Assembly: GCA_043808365.1 (NCBI GenBank)
Contig: JAZDEZ010000016.1
Coordinates: 1-53,146 of the forward strand
Length of the DNA: 53,146 bases
Direction of reading: 5' to 3'
Source: Patescibacteria group bacterium
Lineage (GTDB): Bacteria; Patescibacteriota; Patescibacteriia; UBA10025; JAHIVO01
Under the pieces are notes generated by a model. That model saw nothing but the letters and a program-made list of their open reading frames with translations. It made no database searches and was not told the DNA's origin. How positions within the stretch are numbered: the stretch's first letter is position 1; every line of letters begins with the position of its first letter. The translations under genes were made by a program, and so were the position numbers. Below are positions 28,214-37,821 of the stretch, in pieces.

Positions 28214-28687
28214 TTACACCAAATCCACCCCTATCACCTCCCCCAGCGTCGGATGCGAGAAATACGCCAGCACGTCAAATTTAGTATCTTTTAATTCAAT
28301 CATCTCCATGTCCGGCCGAGTGATCAGTTTGAATCCCGGCTCTTTCAGGTGGGCCGCCTTGAACGCCGGATAATCCGCCAAGGTAAAATCCGCATCCCCT
28401 TGCTCGGGCCGTTTGGGATCGGGTTTCCGCACCTTAACGATCCTCAATGGCCCGGCCGCAGTCTCTATCGCCTCGTGCAACAGGAACACATTCCCCATCT
28501 TTGCCTCTTTGGCAACCGAGCCGAGAGTCGCTACTTCCTTGTCCATCAGCTGGTACTCCTCATCCGAATGTGTAAAAATGCAGGAATAATTCACCACCGC
28601 TTTCCACTCTTTGGTGTGGCTGTTTTTCAATTCCATCGCACGTTGGACGATGTTACTGACGAGTTGTTTGAAAAGGTGGTTGTTCAT
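28214..28687 (-). CDS. Hypothetical protein, possibly YecM/VOC-like
   Basis: Start reassigned to MNNHLF; KVRKPDPKRPEQGDADF...AYFSHPTL pattern. Confidence 0.7.
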   Translation of the reverse strand: MNNHLFKQLVSNIVQRAMELKNSHTKEWKAVVNYSCIFTHSDEEYQLMDKEVATLGSVAKEAKMGNVFLLHEAIETAAGPLRIVKVRKPDPKRPEQGDADFTLADYPAFKAAHLKEPGFKLITRPDMEMIELKDTKFDVLAYFSHPTLGEVIGVDLV

Positions 28688-28991
28688 AATATACTTCTTG
28701 ACTTTATTAAAAAAATAATTTATTATTAATGCGTGCTGGAAAGCTTCTCTGCGAAGTAATTCAGCCGGTAAACAACAGGATTTCTTAAATACATGACCTG
28801 CTTTGGATGCGTAACATAATCTCGCGCCCAAGCAAATTTTTTTTACCTATATATATTTTCCAACCTCATATCTAAATTCTCGAAGACCCCGAGCGAAGTC
28901 GAGGGGTAAAACCTAACACTCAATGACTAAATCAACCCCCGCTGGACGATATTCTGAATGAGTTGTTTGAAATTATTATAATGCACCTTTT

Positions 28992-29234
28992 TTAGATAGA
29001 AATTTTTATTGTTCCTGAAATTACTAATGATAGAGCCATTATTATTATTGCAGCAATAATTCCCATAAACCACCATTTCCATTTCTCTAAATCGCTAACC
29101 TGGTCTTTCAAGTGATGATTTTCAATTTTTAAATCCTGATATTCTTTATTACTTAGAGTAACCCCCCCATCATATTGGGTTGTAGCTCGTGTAACCTCTA
29201 CTTCTTTAGTCTTATTCTTTTTTTCCGTTGACAT
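28992..29234 (-). CDS. Small coiled-coil protein with C-terminal TM
   Basis: MSTEKK start overlaps the upstream gene; KWWFMGIIAAIIIMALSLVI helix. Confidence 0.65.
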   Translation of the reverse strand: MSTEKKNKTKEVEVTRATTQYDGGVTLSNKEYQDLKIENHHLKDQVSDLEKWKWWFMGIIAAIIIMALSLVISGTIKISI

Positions 29235-29604
29235 GTCTTTCGAGCTTAAAAATATCAATCTTTTCTTTTCGACCGCTATCTTCAATTTCTAAAAAATAAG
29301 CTCCAAATTTTGGTAAGGCTATCATCCCCAGCTTCAAAATATGACCGATGTTTTTCTTACCTTCCGTAATATCAGATTCCCAAACAGACCCCTGACCTAA
29401 ATAATTACCTTCAGGATCAATTAATCTTAAGTATACTTTATGATGGCCTATTTCACCTGTTGCGTTAATGACTAGGTAAAAAAATCTACTTAGTGTTGGG
29501 ACTCCGTCAGAATACATTATGTCAAATATATTAATGACCGAAACTTTACCATCATTGGATATATGCGCATGCTCAGCAGTATGAACAAAATTAACTTTTA
29601 GCAT
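29212..29604 (-). CDS. DUF6941-like beta-sandwich protein
   Basis: AEHA..SNDGKVSVINIFD...LRLIDPEG...GAYFLEI pattern. Confidence 0.65.
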   Translation of the reverse strand: MLKVNFVHTAEHAHISNDGKVSVINIFDIMYSDGVPTLSRFFYLVINATGEIGHHKVYLRLIDPEGNYLGQGSVWESDITEGKKNIGHILKLGMIALPKFGAYFLEIEDSGRKEKIDIFKLERHVNGKKE

Positions 29605-29622
29605 AGAATTTCTTAGAATTAA

Positions 29623-29925
29623 TTATGATACTTTAAATCCAATCCCATCGGACGATGGGGCCTGAGCCGCTTCGATCATACCAAACTTGTCCTCGTACTT
29701 CTTGAGGTTGTCCTGGAGCGCTAGATAAATGCGCTTCATGTGGCCCGGGCTGGTAATGACTCGGCTGGTGACGATACCGGCTTTTTGAAACGGGTAGACA
29801 TTCATGAAATCAACGGTAAACTCCTCCTTTGTATGCGATACGCCCATGGCGTTTGCATAGACGCCTTTCATGGTTGCGTCATCCATTTTGATATTGATCT
29901 GCTGCTCATTCGATGGTCCATTCAT
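29623..29925 (-). CDS. DUF3467-like protein, copy 2
   Basis: Near-identical protein to 24590-24886, with mostly synonymous differences. Confidence 0.85.
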   Translation of the reverse strand: MNGPSNEQQINIKMDDATMKGVYANAMGVSHTKEEFTVDFMNVYPFQKAGIVTSRVITSPGHMKRIYLALQDNLKKYEDKFGMIEAAQAPSSDGIGFKVS

Positions 29926-29951
29926 ACAATTTTTAAAAATAATTATTATAT

Positions 29952-30452
29952 TTATAAAATTTGAGTGTAATAATCTCGATTAACTTCACCTACCCTTTCA
30001 CCCAATAATTCCATTTGCTTGGCAATATTATAGGCAGTTTCGGGATCAATTATTTTTCGTTCAACAAGTTTTTTTAAAACCCATTGCGTCCCGTGTGTTT
30101 CAATATTTTTACGATTTGCACGATTTCTTAACTTTTTATCATTTGAGAGTATTACGCCATGGGTACTACCAGCAGCGAAAATTAATGATTCATCTGGATC
30201 CTCAAATAAATGCCCAAGCTCCGCGATACCAACAGAATATTCATACTTAACTGGATTTGTAATAGTTCTATTTAATTCTTCGTTACTATTCGATATAATT
30301 TTTGAATTTGAATAAAATTGATCCTTGATCTGAGATGTTGTAATTAATATTGATTCTCCGTTAGTTTGCAACGAATAAAGTATATTCAGTTTATCTACTT
30401 TTCTAAATGTTTCGAAAACATCATTATCACACCAATATTCTTTTATAATCAT
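29952..30452 (-). CDS. PIN-domain-like protein
   Basis: Acidic motifs CDNDVF, DPDESLIFAA and LSNDKKLR, plus GTQWVL; very AT-rich. Confidence 0.7.
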   Translation of the reverse strand: MIIKEYWCDNDVFETFRKVDKLNILYSLQTNGESILITTSQIKDQFYSNSKIISNSNEELNRTITNPVKYEYSVGIAELGHLFEDPDESLIFAAGSTHGVILSNDKKLRNRANRKNIETHGTQWVLKKLVERKIIDPETAYNIAKQMELLGERVGEVNRDYYTQIL

Positions 30453-30561
30453 ACAAAATCATATCGATTGAAACATTGTGCTAAAGAGCGGGTTCTAGAC
30501 TAGAAACCCGCTCAATGTTGTTTATTTAAATGTTATATTAACTGTAGCTGAGATAATCATC

Positions 30562-30972
30562 TTACATATTCTTAAGTGCTGAAATTGAATCAAGTACCCA
30601 TGGGTCGCGAAGTTTATCTTTCATCTTCATGATCTCGTCATAGGTAAACCACTTTACGTCCAGCACTTCATCTTTTTTTACATGTAATGTATCGCCTATC
30701 ACTTTCGCGGAAAAAGCGTGCTTGACTGCGCCCTCGCCATCATTGTGGAAAACCCCGATCTTGCGGATAATTTCCACATCCAATCCCGTTTCTTCTTTTG
30801 CCTCACGAACTGCCGTATCGGCAAAGGTATCATTTCCCTCAACCTTCCCGGCCGGCAAGTTCCATAAGCCATAGGCTACTTTTTTCTTCTCCTGGATCAA
30901 GAGGTACTTACCGTCTTTTTCAATCAATACGCCTGCAGCAACACCCACCCTAAGTGGTTCGCGGTTAGGCAT
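30562..30972 (-). CDS. Nudix hydrolase
   Basis: Nudix box GKVEGNDTFADTAVREAKEETG; start MPNREP lies 1 nt after the dnaK stop. Confidence 0.92.
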   Translation of the reverse strand: MPNREPLRVGVAAGVLIEKDGKYLLIQEKKKVAYGLWNLPAGKVEGNDTFADTAVREAKEETGLDVEIIRKIGVFHNDGEGAVKHAFSAKVIGDTLHVKKDEVLDVKWFTYDEIMKMKDKLRDPWVLDSISALKNM

Positions 30973-30973
30973 A

Positions 30974-32878
30974 CTATTTCTTAACTTCTTCGTACTTTGC
31001 ATCAACAGGTCCTTTATCGTCTTTGGGCGCTTCTTTCTTGTCGTCCGGCTTTGCGCCCGGCTGACCTTCAGGCGGCTTTTGGTCCTTATACATATCTGAT
31101 CCGATCTTCTGGATGGTAGTGGACAGTTCCTCAGTCGCCTTTTTGATGGCCGCTGAATCATCGCCGTCTTTCACCTTTTTCACGGCTTCGATCTTTTCCT
31201 CAACCTCTTTCTTCACCTTGGCATCCAGCTTGTCGCCCGCGTCCTTGATGGCTTTTTCGGCAGTGTAAGACAAAGTTTCTGCTTGGTTGCGGATGTCGAT
31301 CAGCTCCTTCTTTTTCTTGTCCTCGTCAGCGTGCTTCGAGGCGTCCTGTTTCATTTTCTCCACTTCGTCCTTGGACAATCCGGATGAGGCGGTAATGGTG
31401 ATGGACTGCTCCTTGCCCGTGGCTTTCTCTTTGGCTTTCACATTGAGGATGCCATTGGCATCAATGTCAAACGTAACCTCAACCTGAGGTACGCCGCGCG
31501 GTGACGGCGGGATGCCGGACAGGATGAACCGCCCAAGCGTCTTGTTGTCGCCTGCCATTGGCCGCTCACCTTGTAATACATGAATTTCAACCGAGGTCTG
31601 ATTATCTGCCGCTGTTGAGAACACCTGCGATTTGGAAGTCGGGATGGTGGTGTTGCGTTCGATCAATGGAGTGGAAACACTGCCTAGTGTTTCAATGCCT
31701 AATGTCAAAGGGGTCACGTCGAGCAGTAACACGTCCTTCACTTCACCCTGGAGTACGCCGCCCTGCACGCCTGCGCCGATAGCCACCACTTCGTCAGGAT
31801 TGACGGAGATGTTCGGTTTCTTGCCGAAGAATTTCTCAACTGTTTCAAGGACTTTCGGCATGCGGGTCATGCCGCCGACCATGACGACTTCGTCGATGTC
31901 AGAGGTTTTTACATTGGCATCAGCCATCGCCTTTTTAACCGGTTCGATTGTCTTTTCAATCAGGTCGCCGACTAAATCTTCCAGCTTGGCGCGGGTCAGT
32001 TTCAGGTTCATGTGTTTTGGGCCCGATGAATCCGTAGTGATGAACGGCAGGTTGATTTCCGTCTCCATGGCCGTGGACAGTTCTATCTTAGCTTTCTCAC
32101 CGGACTCTTTCAGCCGCTGTAATGCCATGACGTCTTTGGACAGGTCGATGCCCTGGTCTTTCTTGAATTCATCCACTAACCAGTCAATGATGCGCTTGTC
32201 AAAATCGTCTCCGCCCAGGTGCGTATCGCCGTTGGTAGATTTCACTTCAACAGTATCAGAAGCCACATCTAATATCGAAATATCAAACGTACCGCCACCT
32301 AAATCATAAACGGCAATTTGCTGGTCCTTTTTCTTTTCAAAACCATACGCTAACGCAGCTGCGGTCGGTTCATTGATGATACGGCGGACTTTGAGACCTG
32401 CTATTTCACCGGCATCTTTGGTGGCCTGGCGCTGTGAATCGTCAAAATATGCAGGCACAGTAATTACGGCCTCTTCGATCTTTTCCCCAAGGCGGGATTC
32501 GGCATCAGCCTTCATTTTTTGTAATATCATGGCTGACACCTCTTGCGGCGAATAATCCTTGCCGGACATGGTCACTTTAACGCCCGTACCGGCCTGTACG
32601 ATCTTGTACGGCATGGTGTCATGGTCGCGCTGGACTTCCTGGTCGTCCCAGTGCCGGCCGATCAGCCGTTTCACCGAATAAATGGTGTTGGCCGGATTGG
32701 TGACTGACTGGCGCTTGGCGATCTGCCCGACTAGGCGTTCGCCCGTCTTGGAGATGGCCACCACGGACGGCGTGGTCCGGTTGCCTTCCTTGTTTTCCAG
32801 CACCTTCGGCTCCCCGCCTTCGATAATGGACATGCAGGAGTTGGTGGTACCTAAATCTATGCCTAATATCTTGCTCAT
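30974..32878 (-). CDS. dnaK: Chaperone DnaK
   Basis: [40 protein letters not shown]. Confidence 0.99.
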   Translation of the reverse strand: MSKILGIDLGTTNSCMSIIEGGEPKVLENKEGNRTTPSVVAISKTGERLVGQIAKRQSVTNPANTIYSVKRLIGRHWDDQEVQRDHDTMPYKIVQAGTGVKVTMSGKDYSPQEVSAMILQKMKADAESRLGEKIEEAVITVPAYFDDSQRQATKDAGEIAGLKVRRIINEPTAAALAYGFEKKKDQQIAVYDLGGGTFDISILDVASDTVEVKSTNGDTHLGGDDFDKRIIDWLVDEFKKDQGIDLSKDVMALQRLKESGEKAKIELSTAMETEINLPFITTDSSGPKHMNLKLTRAKLEDLVGDLIEKTIEPVKKAMADANVKTSDIDEVVMVGGMTRMPKVLETVEKFFGKKPNISVNPDEVVAIGAGVQGGVLQGEVKDVLLLDVTPLTLGIETLGSVSTPLIERNTTIPTSKSQVFSTAADNQTSVEIHVLQGERPMAGDNKTLGRFILSGIPPSPRGVPQVEVTFDIDANGILNVKAKEKATGKEQSITITASSGLSKDEVEKMKQDASKHADEDKKKKELIDIRNQAETLSYTAEKAIKDAGDKLDAKVKKEVEEKIEAVKKVKDGDDSAAIKKATEELSTTIQKIGSDMYKDQKPPEGQPGAKPDDKKEAPKDDKGPVDAKYEEVKK

Positions 32879-32923
32879 ACGTGATATTCCTTTCTTATGC
32901 GATTAAATAATAGTTAATACTAT

Positions 32924-33105
32924 AAATTTCTAATGACGAATTCCTTCGGCCAGAGGCTGATCCGCCTCCGGCGGAAATTTCTAATCAATGTCTAATTCTT
33001 GAATGCCCAATTGGTCATTAAATCATTACGGATTTGCCTGCCCGCCTCTGGAGGGACCCGGAATCTCTGTTTGACCGAGACCCTGAATCAAGTTCAGGGT
33101 GACAA
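32924..33105. repeat. 7-nt-periodic element plus REP-like palindromes
   Basis: AATTTCTAATGACGAATT[CGGCCAGAGGCTGATCCGCCTCCGGCGGA]AATTTCTAATCAATGTCTAATT; ACCCTGAATCAAGTTCAGGGT. Confidence 0.7.
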
Positions 33106-33115
33106 AGATGTGCTG

Positions 33116-33463
33116 CTATTCGATACTTTTTAGAAAATTATCCTTTTTATCCATCGCTTCATGCAGGTCCAGCACTTCTTCGCTGTTCACTTTCGGCGCG
33201 TCCTGGAACCGCATCACTTCTTCCTGCTCCAAATCAGTAAGCGTACTTGCTACTTTAACTCCAAACGAACCAAGGGCGATGATGGACAGCGCCGCCGACT
33301 GGCACACGGAGCATTTGATGTACATGAGCGAGGCGCCTTCCTCCTCCTGGATCACTTCCAGCTTGCCGAAATCGTACAGGCTGCCGCAGACCGGGCATTT
33401 GGCCTCGATCTTGATGCGCTCTGGTTTGCCGAATTTTCCCGGGAAACTTGGAATAGCGTTCAT
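33116..33463 (-). CDS. Zn-ribbon hypothetical protein
   Basis: CPVC...CSVC; lies within the heat-shock locus. Confidence 0.8.
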   Translation of the reverse strand: MNAIPSFPGKFGKPERIKIEAKCPVCGSLYDFGKLEVIQEEEGASLMYIKCSVCQSAALSIIALGSFGVKVASTLTDLEQEEVMRFQDAPKVNSEEVLDLHEAMDKKDNFLKSIE

Positions 33464-33494
33464 ATAAGTATAAATTTGTTGGGTTGATTAGGAC

Positions 33495-33742
33495 GAAGTG
33501 AGAGAATAAATATCCAATTGACTAATATCCAATATCCAATGAATGCCTAATTCCCAAATTTCCAATTGGTCCTTTTGTCATTGGGATTTAATTGGAAATT
33601 GGTAATTGGTTATTGGTAATTTATCCAATTACCTTGCTTATTCACTCACTTCGGCTGGTCAGTACAGAGCCTGACCAACCTCGACCCTTCGGCGTAGCTC
33701 AGGGTCGACACTGAGTCCCGTTATCCGGGACCGAAGTGTCGA
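33495..33742. repeat. 7-nt-periodic palindrome enclosed by a larger inverted repeat, plus nested REP-like units
   Basis: GAAGTGAGAGAATAA...TTATTCACTCACTTC enclosing AATATCC units and inverse ATTGGTA units. Confidence 0.7.
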
Positions 33743-33743
33743 T

Positions 33744-34175
33744 TTATTTCTTGCCTTTTTTCACCGCGACCTTGATGGTCTTCGGCTTCACCTCTTCCGC
33801 TTTCGGGATGACGACTTTCAGCAATCCGTTCTCGAATGAGGCATTGGCTTTGTCCGACTTCACGTGGGTCGGCAGGGCGACGGCGCGGTAGAAGCTGCCG
33901 TAGCGGACCTCTTTCCGGTAGTAGTTCTGCTCGTCCACTTCGGACTGGTGCTCTGATTTGCCCTCGATCTTCAGGACGTCGTTCTCCACCGAGACGCTGA
34001 CTTTATTGGGGTCTACGCCCGCGAGCGGCGTTTCGACAATGACATTGTCCTTATCCTGGTAAACGTCCACGGCCGGAGTGAAATTGGCCATTTGGGACGT
34101 CATACTCGGCATGTCCTCCATGAACTTGTCCGAGTCAAACGGGTCCCACATCGGCCGCCATCTGATGATTGACAT
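33744..34175 (-). CDS. Hsp20/alpha-crystallin small heat-shock protein
   Basis: PAVDVYQ, EVRYGSFYRAVALP, FENGLLKVVIPK. Confidence 0.95.
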   Translation of the reverse strand: MSIIRWRPMWDPFDSDKFMEDMPSMTSQMANFTPAVDVYQDKDNVIVETPLAGVDPNKVSVSVENDVLKIEGKSEHQSEVDEQNYYRKEVRYGSFYRAVALPTHVKSDKANASFENGLLKVVIPKAEEVKPKTIKVAVKKGKK

Positions 34176-34240
34176 ATGTTATTTACTCTTAAATTAATTA
34201 TTACTATTTATATGACCTTTGTTAAGTATTTTGTGCGCTT

Positions 34241-34362
34241 TAGGATGTGAGTTTCGGAAGTGTGATGCGAGTCGGGAAGCTAGTTGTGGGATGTGGGGGG
34301 TAAAATCACACATCACACTTCACACATCTCGACATGCATCCCACCTCCAATACCCACTTCTC
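34241..34362. repeat. 7-nt-periodic GATGTGA/TCACA(C/T) inverted element
   Basis: GGATGTGAG..GTGTGATGCGAG..GGGATGTGG followed by TCACACATCACACTTCACACATCTC. Confidence 0.6.
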
Positions 34363-34368
34363 TCTTAC

Positions 34369-34917
34369 TTACTCCGCTACTTTCACTTTCGCGTGCTCCA
34401 GCACTTTGTCATACAGCTTATAACCGCCTTTTATTTCAGCGATGACGGTACCGCTCTCTTTCCCTTCGGCCTTTTCCTTGGCGACTGCTTCATGGAATTC
34501 CGGGTTGAATGGCTCGCCGACAGTCGGGATTTCCTCGATGTTCATGGTCTTCAATAAACCCTTGAATTGATTTTTGATGTGCTCGACGCCTTTCAGCCAC
34601 TCATCGTTCTTCCGGTGCTCCTCGGGGATGTGCTGCCAGGCCAGCTTGAAGTTGTCATAAATCGGGAGCATCTCCAGGATCAGGGCGGCGTTGGCATACT
34701 GCACCATTTGTTGCGCTTCCTTCTCATGGTCTTTTTTCAGGTTGATATAGTCCGCCTTAGCCCGCTTCCAGCCGTTCAGGTATTCATCCGCCTTTTTCTT
34801 TAACAGCTCCAGCTCACTCAGCGGCGGACTGACTGACTTGTCCGGCCCCACTGGGCTGGCTGGCGGACTGGCTGACTTGCCATCTGACTGACTTGCCATC
34901 TTGCCGTCATCATTCAT
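34369..34917 (-). CDS. grpE: Nucleotide exchange factor GrpE
   Basis: WKRAKADYINLKK, LPIYDNF, GEPFNPEFHEAV, GYKL...AKVKV. Confidence 0.96.
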   Translation of the reverse strand: MNDDGKMASQSDGKSASPPASPVGPDKSVSPPLSELELLKKKADEYLNGWKRAKADYINLKKDHEKEAQQMVQYANAALILEMLPIYDNFKLAWQHIPEEHRKNDEWLKGVEHIKNQFKGLLKTMNIEEIPTVGEPFNPEFHEAVAKEKAEGKESGTVIAEIKGGYKLYDKVLEHAKVKVAE

Positions 34918-34918
34918 A

Positions 34919-35635
34919 TTACGCGATCCCTGTTTTTTTACTGATAATATTGTTGACGTATTTCACTAGCGCGATGTTATTCTCATAATCCATGCGCATC
35001 GGCCCGAGGATGCCGAACAGTCCTTCTCCGCCAGCGTTCTTATACCGGCTGATGATGGTACTGCATTCTATGCCGAATGGGTTGTCCTTGCCGACCAGTA
35101 TCTGCGTGCCTTGGAAATCTTCGTCAAACAACTTGTTAATGACTTCATCCAGGTGGTCCACTACCTCGGAAATGTGCCTGACTAAATCAACCTTTTCGAA
35201 TTCCGGATGTTTGAACAGCTGGGACAGTCCGGTGTAATAAAAATTATCCTCTGAAAAGCCGACAAACACCGCGTCGCGGGACAAGTCCGCCAGGTTCTTG
35301 GCCACGTTTTTCACCGCGCCTTCATAGGTCAGGCCGTGCGCCTGCAATGCCTTGTCCAGTACGCCCTGTTGCTGCGGTGTCAGGCTGATATCCTGCATGT
35401 AATTGTCTATATAGAATTTCCAACCCTTCTCTGTGGGGATGCGTCCGGCCGAGGTATGGGGCTGGTAAATGAAACCTTCCTTTTCCAGGTCAACCATTTC
35501 GTTGCGGATGGTGGCTGGGGACACCTTGAATTGGTACTTATCCACAATAGCCTTGGATCCCACGGAGTCCGCGGTTTGCACGTGTTCCTTGATTATGGCG
35601 CTAAGTAAAGCGCTTTTTCTCTGTTCCAATTTCAT
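34919..35635 (-). CDS. hrcA: Heat-inducible repressor HrcA (short form)
   Basis: VGSK, SPATIRNEM..LE..G...QPHTSAGRIPT, GILGPMRMDY. Confidence 0.95.
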   Translation of the reverse strand: MKLEQRKSALLSAIIKEHVQTADSVGSKAIVDKYQFKVSPATIRNEMVDLEKEGFIYQPHTSAGRIPTEKGWKFYIDNYMQDISLTPQQQGVLDKALQAHGLTYEGAVKNVAKNLADLSRDAVFVGFSEDNFYYTGLSQLFKHPEFEKVDLVRHISEVVDHLDEVINKLFDEDFQGTQILVGKDNPFGIECSTIISRYKNAGGEGLFGILGPMRMDYENNIALVKYVNNIISKKTGIA

Positions 35636-35656
35636 ACATTATCCATTATAAATCAA

Positions 35657-35683
35657 TTAGCACTCTCAGGTCAAGAGTGCTAA
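35657..35683. promoter_or_regulatory. CIRCE operator
   Basis: Perfect TTAGCACTC-N9-GAGTGCTAA; overlaps the TTGACC-18-TATAAT promoter of hrcA. Confidence 0.97.
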
Positions 35684-35712
35684 TCATTGAATGCGTTTAA
35701 AGTTATCCCCTG

Positions 35713-36969
35713 CTAGGGTGTTGCGGTAATGACATCCTTATACGCCTGTCGACTCCGTTCCATATCCTCCTCTGTGGGGATGTATTTTTGGCTCATGTCC
35801 GTACGCGTGTCGCCGAAATCATACCGGGTGAAAAATATTTTTTTCGCACCGGCCGCCAGGGCATTGGCCACGGATGTCTGGATCCGGGACACGTTTTGGT
35901 CGAAGGTTTTACCGTCCATTTGCTCCGCCTCTGTCACCCAGATCGATTTATCGGTAATGCCAGCTGATGTCAGCATGGCTTTGTAGTCAGCGACGTTGAA
36001 GTCCGGAGTATTCCTATCGTTGGAAATGCAGTGCACGTTGCCGATGTCGAATGAGGACTTAGACGCAGGCACGCCCGCGAACACCGATGAATAAAACCCT
36101 AAAAAAGTCTCACCGCCACCGGCCGCGCCGGCGATCAATACATTGGCAGTACTATCAGCCGCTTTGACTGCAGTATATGTCCTAACCAGTAGTTCGCCAT
36201 ACGCAGCCGCGTCCTGCTTGTAAAAATCTAAACGGCCATCTCCCATATCAATCAGATCCGGTTCATTCATAACTTCCCAATATTTGATCGGGTACAGCAA
36301 ACCAGTCATGTCACCCAGGCCGTCTCCGTCATACCGCTCAACTACAGCCGATATCCATCCTTGGTATTCTTTCCAGTCGTATGGGTTACAGCGATGCAGG
36401 GGTAAATACGACGGACGCCCTTTCTTATCATTTGAAGGCAGAAATTCATCATTGGATGAAACCGCGCAACTGGCCGCGTCAGCCCTTCCTAGCTGGTCCC
36501 ACTCGGCAAACGGCCACAGAGTGATTAAAAGGTTCAGGCCGTACGATCCCGTCAAGGAAACCAACTCGTCCATTTTAGTGAAATCGTATTGCGCCGACGA
36601 CGACGCCTGGACCATGTCCCACACCGCCGGGCCAGGATGAGGCCGCATCCATCCGCCGCCGGCATTCCTGATGAAATCCATGTCAGTCCCGTCTTCGCCG
36701 GCTCCCAGCCATCCGAATTTGTTCGTTGCGGCAACTTGCGCCAAAACTTCACCGGACTTTTGCGCTTTATCCTTTGATTTATCAGTCCCGGTGTTAGTTG
36801 CCGATGAAGAACATCCGGCGGTCGGCTTGTCAGCGCTCGGATTGCCGTGTTTCACCCACTGCCCGTTGTCGCATATCCAGGTGTCCTCCGGAATGAAAAC
36901 CCGAAGGGCGAGAATTACTACTGCGGCCACGACTATCACGATGCCGACACCGATCAAGACTTTTTTCAT
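35713..36969 (-). CDS. Membrane-anchored clan GH-A glycoside hydrolase-like protein
   Basis: N-terminal TM, small WICDNGQWVKHGNP domain, WEVMNEPD (acid/base) and IWVTE (nucleophile) motifs. Confidence 0.8.
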   Translation of the reverse strand: MKKVLIGVGIVIVVAAVVILALRVFIPEDTWICDNGQWVKHGNPSADKPTAGCSSSATNTGTDKSKDKAQKSGEVLAQVAATNKFGWLGAGEDGTDMDFIRNAGGGWMRPHPGPAVWDMVQASSSAQYDFTKMDELVSLTGSYGLNLLITLWPFAEWDQLGRADAASCAVSSNDEFLPSNDKKGRPSYLPLHRCNPYDWKEYQGWISAVVERYDGDGLGDMTGLLYPIKYWEVMNEPDLIDMGDGRLDFYKQDAAAYGELLVRTYTAVKAADSTANVLIAGAAGGGETFLGFYSSVFAGVPASKSSFDIGNVHCISNDRNTPDFNVADYKAMLTSAGITDKSIWVTEAEQMDGKTFDQNVSRIQTSVANALAAGAKKIFFTRYDFGDTRTDMSQKYIPTEEDMERSRQAYKDVITATP

Positions 36970-36987
36970 TAAAATATAAATTAATGA

Positions 36988-37413
36988 TTATTTCTCATAC
37001 GGGAATTGCACCCAACCGGTCATCATTTTTACGTAATAATCCGGATTGAATGCACTAGTCAATTTTCCGTACAAAACTGCCGACAGTACTCTTTTTACCT
37101 TTGGCAGGCGCAAGAGGCACTTTTTCACCTCTGCCATGGATTTTCCTGAATCAACCAGGTCATCGACCAGCAGAATCGTGCCGGCAAGCGGAATGGCTGA
37201 GGAAAATGAACCCATGCTACATTTGCCGCGCTTTTTCCCTTTATAACTTTGCACGGCTACAACAGCCAATGGCTTATTTAATATATGCGACAACAAACAG
37301 CCGACCACCAAACCTCCCCGGCTGATGGCGACGATAATATTCGGCTTGACGGGAATACGCCGTGCCAATTTTCTTGCGTCCTGTTCATATTTTTTCCAGC
37401 CGATCCTGATCAT
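36988..37413 (-). CDS. Type I phosphoribosyltransferase (purine salvage-like)
   Basis: AISRGG and PRPP-binding LLVDDLVDSGKS; WVQFPYE. Confidence 0.9.
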   Translation of the reverse strand: MIRIGWKKYEQDARKLARRIPVKPNIIVAISRGGLVVGCLLSHILNKPLAVVAVQSYKGKKRGKCSMGSFSSAIPLAGTILLVDDLVDSGKSMAEVKKCLLRLPKVKRVLSAVLYGKLTSAFNPDYYVKMMTGWVQFPYEK

Positions 37414-37419
37414 GGAAAA

Positions 37420-37818
37420 TTATTTTGTGTTACAAATGAGCTTTTCACAACGGTCAAACCCGCCCTGGATGCAATTGCACACGCCCGTGGGAGTCTGGCC
37501 GCACCGGCGCTCGCGCTCATCCTCAGTCGTACAGCCGCATTTGTCCACCGGCAGGCAGTCGCTCCTGCTATCACAGGCTTCGTACAAGACGATCTTACTG
37601 CATACGTCCTGATTAGATGGTTGGCCGCGGTTAACCGCAGTATTTGTCGAAATATTGGCATTAATGGACTTCTTATACAACCCGCCATCTTTGATGAACA
37701 CGAAATACACCAGCACCGCGGAACCGATCACCATCAATACGAACACTACGGTCCACATGAACACGCGCTGTTTCATGACCGTCAGGTCGTCGTGAGGATT
37801 TTTTGGCTGGATGGCCAT
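37420..37818 (-). CDS. Single-TM protein with Cys-rich extracellular domain
   Basis: TM helix, then a cluster of about 10 Cys. Confidence 0.75.
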   Translation of the reverse strand: MAIQPKNPHDDLTVMKQRVFMWTVVFVLMVIGSAVLVYFVFIKDGGLYKKSINANISTNTAVNRGQPSNQDVCSKIVLYEACDSRSDCLPVDKCGCTTEDERERRCGQTPTGVCNCIQGGFDRCEKLICNTK

Positions 37819-37821
37819 CGT

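Noticed and set aside
30973-31161. N-terminal extension of the Nudix ORF overlapping dnaK, and similar extensions for dnaX, CorA (15884), the methyltransferase and 28214-28831
   Set aside because: The extensions overlap other genes or repeats; downstream ATGs give domain-consistent starts.
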